A stretch of DNA of 32,000 nucleotides from Flexivirga oryzae (GTDB taxonomy: Bacteria; Actinomycetota; Actinomycetes; Actinomycetales; Dermatophilaceae), in the NCBI RefSeq assembly GCF_014190805.1, contig NZ_JACHVQ010000001.1:1926689-1958688 (forward strand). Reading direction: 5' to 3'. The translations under genes were made by a program, and so were the position numbers. The notes under the pieces were generated by a model. That model did not search any database. It was not told the origin of the DNA and worked only from the letters and a program-made list of their open reading frames with translations. Numbering within the stretch: position 1 is the stretch's first letter; each line of letters begins with the position of its first letter. Shown here in pieces: positions 15,731 to 22,176 of this stretch.

Positions 15731-16213
15731 ATGGCTAAGCTCGTGTATGTGGTCCGCGCTCCGATCCAGGTCGTCGTGATTCCATTTCGCCGTCTCAGCG
15801 CGGGCTCGCACGAATTCGCGCTGTTCCAGCGGTCCGACAACAGCAAATGGCAACCCGTCGCCGGTGGCGCGGAGGATGACGAGTCGCCCGCTCAAGCTGC
15901 TCGACGTGAAGCTCATGAAGAGGCAGGAACGCCGATTGATGCGCCACTGCTGCCGTTGCAGACGATGGATACCGTTCCGGTCCATCTGTTCCGCGATCGG
16001 CAATACTGGCCCGCCGATCTGTACGTGGTGCCGCAGCACGTGTTCGCCATCGACGCGACCGAGCTGCGCCTGGCTATCTCGGCAGAGCACCTACGACTGG
16101 CATGGCGCCCCTACGCCGAGGCTCGCCGGCTGCTGGCCTACCAGAGCAACGAAACGGCACTCTGGGAACTCAACGAAAGACTGACCAACGACGACCTACC
16201 GTCGTCATGCTGA
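15731..16213 (+). CDS. NUDIX hydrolase
   Basis: Nudix box GGAEDDESPAQAARREAHEEAG (GX5EX7REUXEEXGU). ATG 15731 is preceded by GGAGG. Confidence 0.85.
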   Translation: MAKLVYVVRAPIQVVVIPFRRLSAGSHEFALFQRSDNSKWQPVAGGAEDDESPAQAARREAHEEAGTPIDAPLLPLQTMDTVPVHLFRDRQYWPADLYVVPQHVFAIDATELRLAISAEHLRLAWRPYAEARRLLAYQSNETALWELNERLTNDDLPSSC

Positions 16214-16341
16214 ACTGCGAGACATGTGTGCTGCACGACAGAGGATCGTGGTTCGGCAGGCTCCCGCGCGCCGTCGTCATACGGACTGGCCACACGGTTG
16301 ATCGGTTGTGTGGTTCGGTGTTCGGAGCTGATCAGGCGTGG

Positions 16342-16773
16342 TCAGTGGGTGGTCGTCGGTTCTGTGTCCCATGGATCGAGGCACGGCACGTCGAGCGGCT
16401 CGAAGTGCTTGATGTTCCGCGTCGCGACAGTCATCTCTGCGGATTGCGCGACGGCAGCGATGAGGGCGTCATTGAGTGGCGCATGTTCGGGAACTCGGTA
16501 CGCCGCGAGGATCCGCGCGGCTGCCAGGTCGAACGGCAAGACACGGTCGGCGAACGCGGGTAGCACATGGTCGTCGAACCAGCGGCGTACGACGATGCCC
16601 TGGTGGGTGTCGGATCGCTCCTTGGCGATGACTCCCCGCTCGATCTCGGCGACGGTGGTCGCCGAGACGTACTGGTCGGCCAGTGGCACGGACGCAGCCC
16701 AAGCCTCGACGGAACGGTTGCGCCCTCTGACGCGCAGAGCGGACACCACGTTGGCGTCCAGCAGATATCTCAC
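16342..16773 (-). CDS. vapC: PIN-domain toxin VapC (FitB-like; TA pair 2)
   Basis: [11 protein letters not shown]-terminus, VAEIERG, C-terminal [13 protein letters not shown] start overlaps the antitoxin stop (GTGA). Confidence 0.85.
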   Translation of the reverse strand: MRYLLDANVVSALRVRGRNRSVEAWAASVPLADQYVSATTVAEIERGVIAKERSDTHQGIVVRRWFDDHVLPAFADRVLPFDLAAARILAAYRVPEHAPLNDALIAAVAQSAEMTVATRNIKHFEPLDVPCLDPWDTEPTTTH

Positions 16774-17000
16774 AGCTCCGCGGTGCGGGCGGCCGTGCCC
16801 AGTCGCTCGGGTTCGAACTCGATATCGGCACCCTCGTCCATGCTCAGGAGATCGATGATCGTCACGGGGTCACGCTCGAGCGCTTCGGTCAGTATGTCGC
16901 GAGCCTCTGCCTCGACCGACCGGTGGCGCTGCTCGGCGCGTGCGCGCAACGCGGCCTTGGTTCCCACGGGAAGGTTGCGAATCAAGATCTGCTCCACCAT
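16770..17000 (-). CDS. RHH-type antitoxin (FitA/plasmid-stability-like; TA pair 2)
   Basis: [44 protein letters not shown] 17000 is preceded by GAAGGTGG. The upstream 107 aa of ORF 16770..17321 is rejected. Confidence 0.8.
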   Translation of the reverse strand: MVEQILIRNLPVGTKAALRARAEQRHRSVEAEARDILTEALERDPVTIIDLLSMDEGADIEFEPERLGTAARTAEL

Positions 17001-17010
17001 AACCACCTTC

Positions 17011-17030
17011 GATATCGTGATGATGATATC
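17011..17030. promoter_or_regulatory. Paired GATATC palindromes upstream of antitoxin 2 (candidate operator/-10 region)
   Basis: gatatc-gtgatgat-gatatc, 11-30 nt upstream of the antitoxin ATG. Confidence 0.35.
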
Positions 17031-17136
17031 AGCTCGGGTGGATCTCTCAACCGAACCCATCGTGACATCAGCTGTGCCGAAGAACGATCCGATTGCGGCG
17101 CGTTGACCGTGGGGTCGTGTTGGTGGCGGGTGGCGC

Positions 17137-17547
17137 TCAGCTGATCCAGGGGTTGAGCAGGGCGACGCCGGTCGTTTCGAAGTCCGCGGTGTTGCGGGTC
17201 GCCAGTGTCGCCTGCCGTGATGCGCAGATCGCGGCGATCTGCGCATCGGCAGTGGCGATCGGTCGGCCCTCCCTTTCGCGGCCGGACACAACCCGACCGT
17301 ACCGGCGTGCTGCCCGCGCATCGAAAGGCAGAATCACGTCGTCGAAGTCGGCAAACACCAGCGCGGCGGTTGCCGCCAAGCGATCCCTGCGTGCGCCCTC
17401 GGGCAGCCGCGCTATGCCGTAGTCGATCTCGGCGAGGGTGACCGCCGTAGTGTGCAGTCGCCCAGCCTTTTGAATCCACGCCGCAACGTTGTCGTTCGGG
17501 TCCGGCCACATCATCTCCGAGACGATGCTGGTGTCGATGACGATCAC
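17137..17547 (-). CDS. vapC: PIN-domain toxin VapC (FitB-like; TA pair 3)
   Basis: IVIDTSIVSE N-terminus, LAEIDYG, C-terminal TLATRNTADF. GTG start lies 2 nt after the antitoxin stop. Confidence 0.85.
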   Translation of the reverse strand: MIVIDTSIVSEMMWPDPNDNVAAWIQKAGRLHTTAVTLAEIDYGIARLPEGARRDRLAATAALVFADFDDVILPFDARAARRYGRVVSGREREGRPIATADAQIAAICASRQATLATRNTADFETTGVALLNPWIS

Positions 17548-17549
17548 GA

Positions 17550-17798
17550 CTACTCCGGCAGGTCCGCCGCACGCGGCGTGTCCCGCCGGGCGGGGATGTC
17601 CAACTCGACTCCACCGAGCTTGGCGAAGCGCTCCCGGATCACCTGGCCCAGGTTGGGCTGGTCATCCTCGCTGTCGGCGAGGCTCTGTGTCAGGATCGCT
17701 CGCACCTCGGCCTCCATCGAACGTCCGTGGCGAGCGGCTTGAACCTTCAATCGGGCGGCCACCTCGTCGCTGAGGCCGCGCACGCTGATCGCTGCCAT
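17550..17798 (-). CDS. RHH-type antitoxin (FitA-like; TA pair 3)
   Basis: MAAISVRGLSDEVAARLKVQAARHGRSMEAEVRAILTQSL, paralogous to antitoxin 2. ATG 17798 is preceded by GAAGGTGG. Confidence 0.8.
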   Translation of the reverse strand: MAAISVRGLSDEVAARLKVQAARHGRSMEAEVRAILTQSLADSEDDQPNLGQVIRERFAKLGGVELDIPARRDTPRAADLPE

Positions 17799-17925
17799 GA
17801 GACCCACCTTCTGCTATCAATGCCAGCGGTCCGTGGTCGACGCGGTGCCGTAGAACAACTTGGCCAACACGGTCGCTCATCAGATCCCTGTGGCATGGAC
17901 TGATCAACTGTGCCACGATTTACCC

Positions 17926-18171
17926 ATGAATGCCACGGTGACGCTAGGACAGCAAGGGCGCTTGGTGATCCCCGCCGAGGTTCGCACCGCTTTGGGGCTG
18001 TCGCCTGGGGAGCAGTTGCATCTGCGGATCGTCGGCCACAGCCTGGTCCTCGAGCGCCCCCAAGACGCTGTCGCAGAGCTTCGAGGGCTGGCCACTCGGG
18101 TGCCGAGGACACGGTCACTTGTCGATGAGCTTCTCCAGGAACGCCGCCTCGCAGCTGCTGCCGGCGAATGA
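17926..18171 (+). CDS. AbrB/MazE/SpoVT-fold antitoxin (TA pair 4)
   Basis: [28 protein letters not shown] swapped-hairpin motif. Its stop overlaps the vapC start (ATGA). Confidence 0.8.
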   Translation: MNATVTLGQQGRLVIPAEVRTALGLSPGEQLHLRIVGHSLVLERPQDAVAELRGLATRVPRTRSLVDELLQERRLAAAAGE

Positions 18172-18548
18172 CGGTTCTGGACGCGTCGGCGGTGTTGGCG
18201 CTCATCCATGACGAACCCGGTGCTCAGCTCGTGGCGCAGGCGCTACCGTCGGCGTCGTTGGGAGCGGCGAACTTTGCCGAGGTGATCGGCAAGCTGGTCG
18301 ATGCCGGGGTCGACGTCGGTGGTGTACGGGGACTGCTCGCCGCCGCGGGTGTGGTCATCGAACCGGTCACGGAAGCAGACGCGGAACTGGCGGGTGCGAT
18401 GCGGTCGCTCGACGGAGGAAAACTCCTGTCCCTGGGCGATCGCTGCTGCCTGGCACTGACTGCACGCAGTTCGCCTCCCGAGGTGCTGACCGCCCACCGT
18501 GCGTGGGCAGAGCTGGACCTGCCAGTGCGGGTGCGCCTGATCCGGTAG
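18168..18548 (+). CDS. vapC: PIN-domain toxin VapC (TA pair 4)
   Basis: [14 protein letters not shown]-terminus, [21 protein letters not shown]. 126 aa. Confidence 0.8.
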   Translation: MTVLDASAVLALIHDEPGAQLVAQALPSASLGAANFAEVIGKLVDAGVDVGGVRGLLAAAGVVIEPVTEADAELAGAMRSLDGGKLLSLGDRCCLALTARSSPPEVLTAHRAWAELDLPVRVRLIR

Positions 18549-18578
18549 CCGATCGCCGTACGGGAGTCGCGGAGGCAT

Positions 18579-18962
18579 TCAGCGGCCGGGCGCGTTGTGA
18601 TAGTCGAGTTCGAGTTGCACCGCTGTTGCGTGGAGCCGCTTGTCGCGCGTCCACAAGCGAGCATCATTGGACAGCCTCGTCGAGGCCAGCAGGTGCGCGT
18701 CGACGTATCCGACACCGCGGCCGAACAGGCGCTCATGGTCGATGAGAGTCAGCACCTCGACGTCGGTGGCAACCGTGGCTTGCGGAAGGTTGTTGAGCAG
18801 CCGCACGACCTCGTTGCGGCCCGAGTGTGAGAGGTTGCCCAAGGCGAGCTCCCCCGTCACCCAGGGGTGACCCAGCACGTTCCCATCCTCAAGGAGGGCG
18901 ACGAGCTGGGCATCGCCACTGCGGAGATGGTCGATCCAGATCGACGTGTCGACGAGGATCAC
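18579..18962 (-). CDS. vapC: PIN-domain toxin VapC (TA pair 5)
   Basis: ILVDTSIWIDHLR N-terminus, VTGELALG, GVGYVDAHLLAS, LWTRDKRL. GTG start overlaps the antitoxin stop (GTGA). Confidence 0.85.
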   Translation of the reverse strand: MILVDTSIWIDHLRSGDAQLVALLEDGNVLGHPWVTGELALGNLSHSGRNEVVRLLNNLPQATVATDVEVLTLIDHERLFGRGVGYVDAHLLASTRLSNDARLWTRDKRLHATAVQLELDYHNAPGR

Positions 18963-19156
18963 GCGGTGGATGACCGCCGCCGCGGGACGGGCTTCGCGCC
19001 GGGCTCGCTCGCGGCGAGCTGGGCGAGCCGCCGAGCACTCTCCCGCTCGATCAGGGCACGTAGAGCCTGACGAACCAGAGCCGTCTTCTCAGTCGTCCCC
19101 GTCAAGCGCTGCGCCTCCTTGAGGAGCTCGTCGTCCAAGGCGAGTGTTGTTCTCAT
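18959..19156 (-). CDS. vapB: VapB-family antitoxin (TA pair 5)
   Basis: MRTTLALDDELLKEAQRLTGTTEKTALVRQALRALIE is typical of short VapB antitoxins. ATG lies 5 nt after GGAGG. Confidence 0.8.
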   Translation of the reverse strand: MRTTLALDDELLKEAQRLTGTTEKTALVRQALRALIERESARRLAQLAASEPGAKPVPRRRSSTA

Positions 19157-19169
19157 GGCCGCCTCCAGG

Positions 19170-19205
19170 CACGTATCAGAACATCGAATGATGTCATGTT
19201 ACGTG
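19170..19205. promoter_or_regulatory. Imperfect inverted repeat upstream of vapB (pair 5), candidate autoregulatory operator
   Basis: CACGTA-tcag-AACAT ... ATGTT-ACGTG (19170-19184 / 19196-19205), 14-49 nt upstream of the vapB ATG. Confidence 0.4.
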
Positions 19206-19278
19206 CAATTGGCGTCGGGTCAGGGATCGCCGATCGGCAACGTGGTCGAGCCAGTTCCGGATGGCGATCTCGCCTCCA

Positions 19279-19306
19279 AGAATTGTCGTCTTATATTATT
19301 GACAAT
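19279..19306 (-). promoter_or_regulatory. AT-rich operator-like dyad upstream of the ligK-like operon (site 2)
   Basis: Minus-strand reading ATTGTCAATAATATAAGACGACAATTCT. Perfect dyad AATTGTC-N13-GACAATT (19281-19287 / 19301-19307). 22/28 identical to site 1 at 9123-9150. The right arm overlaps the TTGACA -35 box. Confidence 0.45.
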
Positions 19307-19328
19307 TTTGTGACCATGTTTCTACGCT
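19299..19328 (+). promoter_or_regulatory. Predicted promoter of the ligK-like operon, probably giving a leaderless mRNA
   Basis: TTGACA (19299-19304), 18-nt spacer, TACGCT (19323-19328, fits TANNNT), then 6 nt to the ATG at 19335. No Shine-Dalgarno sequence. Confidence 0.45.
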
Positions 19329-19334
19329 CGACTC

Positions 19335-20027
19335 ATGAGCCGCACAATCGTCGTCACCGACCAGCCCCGTAGCGACCCGGAGGCCGCGGCCCGACTCGGA
19401 GCGTTCGGGACCGCCACCGTGCACGAGGCGATCGGCCGCTCCGGTTACCTCGGACCGACGCTGCGTCCGGCCTGGCCGGGTGCGCGGATCGGCGGGAACG
19501 TGGTCACCGCGCTGTGCTGGCCCGGAGACAACCTGATGATCCATGTGGCCGTGGAGCAGTGCCGTAAGGGCGACGTCCTCGTCGTCGCCACCAACTCCCC
19601 CAGCACCGACGGACTGTTCGGCGAGCTTTTCGCGACCGCCCTGCGGCACCGCGGCGTCCGCGGCGTCGTGCTCGGCTGCGGCGTGCGCGATGTCGCCGAA
19701 CTGCAGGCCATGGGCTTCCCGGTCTGGTCGGCCGCGGTCAGTGCACAGGGCACCGTCAAGGAGACTGCCGGCAGCGTGAACCTGCCGGTCGTGCTGGGCG
19801 GCCAGCTCATCCGCCCCGGTGACGTCGTGGTCGCCGACGACGACGGCGTGGTCTGCGTGCCACACGACCGGGTGGACAACGCCCTGGCCGCGTCGCAGGC
19901 CCGCGAGGACAAGGAGGCCGCTTCCCGAGCCGCCTTCCAGGACGGGCAGCTCGGACTGGACCGCTACGGACTGCGCGACCGGCTCGGCGAATTCGGCATC
20001 GAGTACGTCCGCTACCAGGACCTGTGA
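19335..20027 (+). CDS. ligK: 4-carboxy-4-hydroxy-2-oxoadipate / HMG aldolase-oxaloacetate decarboxylase (RraA fold, LigK/GalC-like)
   Basis: RraA-like core (GTATVHEA, GDNLMIHVA, KGDVLVV, GELFATALRHRGVRGVVLGCGVRD, FPVWS, PGDVVVADDDGVVCVP) plus the ~65-aa C-terminal extension typical of LigK-type aldolases. 230 aa. Confidence 0.8.
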   Translation: MSRTIVVTDQPRSDPEAAARLGAFGTATVHEAIGRSGYLGPTLRPAWPGARIGGNVVTALCWPGDNLMIHVAVEQCRKGDVLVVATNSPSTDGLFGELFATALRHRGVRGVVLGCGVRDVAELQAMGFPVWSAAVSAQGTVKETAGSVNLPVVLGGQLIRPGDVVVADDDGVVCVPHDRVDNALAASQAREDKEAASRAAFQDGQLGLDRYGLRDRLGEFGIEYVRYQDL

Positions 20028-21157
20028 TGCCCTCGGCCGAGGTCGACGGCGTGCGCTGCATGTGGATGCGGGGCGGCACCTCCAAGGGTGCCTTCTTCCT
20101 GGCCGAGGACCTGCCCGCCGACCCCACCGAGCGCGACCGGTTGCTGCTACGCATCATGGGCACGCCCGATCCGCAACAGATCGATGGCATCGGCGGAGCC
20201 ACCTCGGTCACCAGCAAGGTCGCCGTCGTCAGCGCCTCGACCGATCCGGACGCCGACGTCGACTACCTCTTCCTGCAGGTCGGTGTCGACCGGCCGACCG
20301 TCTCCGACCGGCAGAACTGCGGCAACATCCTGGCCGGCGTCGGACCGTTCGCGGTGGAACGCGGCCTGCTCGCCACAGCAGGCGACCGGACCACGGTGCG
20401 TATCCGGATGGTCAACTCCGACAGCATCGCGGTCGCGACCTTCCCCACCCCGAATGGACGACCGCAGTATGCCGGCGACGCCCGGATCTCCGGCGTGCCG
20501 GGATCGGCCGCGCCGATCAGCATCGCGTTCCGCGGCACCGAGGGCTCGGTCACCGGCGCGCTCTTCCCGACCGGCCGGGTCGTCGACGAGATCGACGGCG
20601 TCGCGGTCACGTGCATCGACAACGGGATGCCGGTCGTGGTGCTGACCGCCGCCGCGCTGGGGCGGACCGGCACGGAGACCCACGAGCAGTTGCAGGCGGA
20701 CACCGCCCTGCTGGAGCGGGTGGACCGGATCCGCTGCGCCGCAGGAGAGCTGATGGGTCTCGGCGACGTTGCCGCCTCGTCGGTCCCCAAGACGATGGCT
20801 GTCTCCCCCGCCGTCGACGGCGGTCACCTGCGCATCCAGTCCTTCATCCCCGTCACGCCGCATCAGGCGATCGGCGTCCTGGCCGCGATCAGTGCGGTGA
20901 CCGCCTGCCGCCACCCGGACAGCACCACGCACGACGTGGCGCGGTCCTGGCCGGTCGACAGCAGCACGATCGACGTCGAACACCCCAGTGGGCACATGCT
21001 TCTCGACGTCACGGCGGGCATGCAGGAGGGCATCTTCACCGTGCAGCGGTCCGCCGTGATCCGCACCGCGCGCAAGCTCTTCGACGGCACCGTCTTCCCG
21101 ACCTCCACCCAATCCCTACCCGTACCCGAGGAGACCACCCATGCCGCTGCGCCATGA
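20024..21157 (+). CDS. PrpF-family isomerase (4-oxalomesaconate tautomerase GalD / LigU-like)
   Basis: MWMRGGTSKGAFF, IMGTPDPQQIDGIGGATSVTSKVAVV, DVDYLFLQV, NCGNILAGVGPFA. Start is GTG 20024 or ATG 20027 (TGATG junction with ligK). Confidence 0.8.
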   Translation: MMPSAEVDGVRCMWMRGGTSKGAFFLAEDLPADPTERDRLLLRIMGTPDPQQIDGIGGATSVTSKVAVVSASTDPDADVDYLFLQVGVDRPTVSDRQNCGNILAGVGPFAVERGLLATAGDRTTVRIRMVNSDSIAVATFPTPNGRPQYAGDARISGVPGSAAPISIAFRGTEGSVTGALFPTGRVVDEIDGVAVTCIDNGMPVVVLTAAALGRTGTETHEQLQADTALLERVDRIRCAAGELMGLGDVAASSVPKTMAVSPAVDGGHLRIQSFIPVTPHQAIGVLAAISAVTACRHPDSTTHDVARSWPVDSSTIDVEHPSGHMLLDVTAGMQEGIFTVQRSAVIRTARKLFDGTVFPTSTQSLPVPEETTHAAAP

Positions 21158-22094
21158 AGTCGCGCACCTGTCCCATCTGCACCTGAACACACCCGTCCTC
21201 GACGAGAGCGTGGCGTTCTTCGTCGACTACCTCGGCCTGACCCCCAACGGTGAGGAGCCGGACGGCAGCGTCCACCTGCACGCGTTCGACGACTACGAAC
21301 ACCACACCATCACCCTGTCGGGACACCAGACCTCCGGGATCCGGCGCACCTACCTGCGGGCCAGCAGCCCGGAGGCACTGCAGCGGCGAGTCACGGCGCT
21401 CGAGGCAGCCGGCCAGGGCATCGGCTGGGCGGACGGACCCACCGGGTACGGGCCCACCTACCTCTTCCACGACCCCGACGGCCACGAGCTCGGGATCTAC
21501 TGGGAGACCGAGAGATTCACGCCGTCCGCGGACCAGGCGCCCGCTCTGAAGAACCAGGCAGCGGCGTACCCCGGCCGCGGGGTCTGCGTGCGCCGCCTGG
21601 ACCACATCAACTACCTCGGCGTCGACGTCGAGGCCAACCGCGACTTCTTCCGCGACCAGCTCGGTGCCCTGGTGACCGAGCAGATCGTCCTCGACACCGG
21701 CGATGTCGCGGGAAGCTGGACGACCTTCACCAACAAGGGGTATGACGCGGTCTACACCCGCGACAACACCGGCACGAGCGGCCGCCTGCACCACATCGCG
21801 TTCGCCGTCGACAGTCGTGCGGACATCCTGCGTGCCGCCGACATCGCGCTCGAACAAGGCGTGTTCATCGAGACCGGCCCGCACAAGCACGCGATCCAGC
21901 AGACCTTCTTCCTCTACGTGTACGAGCCCGGCGGCAACCGGATCGAGCTGTGCAACGCCGGCGCGCGGCTCGTCCTCGACCCCGACTGGCAGCCGATCAA
22001 CTGGACCGAGGCCGAGCGGGCCAAGGGCCAGGCATGGGGCCTGAAGACCATCGCCAGCTTCCACTCGCACGGCACGCCGCCGGTCGAGTCGTAG
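21141..22094 (+). CDS. Type I (vicinal oxygen chelate) two-domain extradiol ring-cleavage dioxygenase, catechol 2,3-dioxygenase-like
   Basis: 317 aa. XylE-like metal ligand contexts LDHINYLG, RLHHIAFAV, FFLYVYEPGGNRIEL, and tail WGLKTIASFHSHGTPP. ATG lies 7 nt after GAGGAG and overlaps the upstream gene by 17 nt. Confidence 0.85.
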   Translation: MPLRHEVAHLSHLHLNTPVLDESVAFFVDYLGLTPNGEEPDGSVHLHAFDDYEHHTITLSGHQTSGIRRTYLRASSPEALQRRVTALEAAGQGIGWADGPTGYGPTYLFHDPDGHELGIYWETERFTPSADQAPALKNQAAAYPGRGVCVRRLDHINYLGVDVEANRDFFRDQLGALVTEQIVLDTGDVAGSWTTFTNKGYDAVYTRDNTGTSGRLHHIAFAVDSRADILRAADIALEQGVFIETGPHKHAIQQTFFLYVYEPGGNRIELCNAGARLVLDPDWQPINWTEAERAKGQAWGLKTIASFHSHGTPPVES

Positions 22095-22110
22095 CGCGGC
22101 AGGAGACGGC

Positions 22111-22144
22111 GAAGGGGACGGAACCCGCAGGTTCCGTCCCCTTC
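22111..22144. terminator. Bidirectional terminator hairpin between the dioxygenase and MFS genes
   Basis: Perfect 15-bp stem gaaggggacggaacc / ggttccgtccccttc with loop cgca, between convergent stop codons (22094 and 22177). Confidence 0.7.
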
Positions 22145-22176
22145 ACCATGCCCGCCGTCGTGGCGGTCGCGGCCGG

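Larger units (their letters stand above)
9903..19278. other. Accessory gene segment rich in TA modules and decayed genes, lying between the two halves of the aromatic catabolic cluster
   Basis: Content shifts abruptly to 5 VapBC pairs, HIT, methyltransferase, APH, MBL, Nudix, 2 pseudogenes and 1 orphan. There are AT-richer patches (13501-13560 is 31/60 G+C by hand count, versus 40/60 at 3001-3060). No integrase, tRNA or flanking direct repeats detected. Confidence 0.5.

Noticed and set aside
16270-16310. ccacac...gtgtgg inverted repeat between the convergent Nudix and vapC genes as a terminator
   Set aside because: The stem is only 6 bp with a 12-nt loop and there is no U-tract. Support is insufficient.
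16808-16819. tRNA T-loop-like string gggttcgaactc
   Set aside because: It lies inside the antitoxin CDS (16770..17000) and no acceptor or anticodon stems can be built around it. No tRNA, rRNA or tmRNA was found anywhere in the window.
17886-17918. GTGGCA-N15-TGCCAC repeat upstream of the AbrB-type antitoxin as an operator
   Set aside because: The 6-bp arms alone are not distinguishable from chance. It is plausible but unsupported without comparative data.
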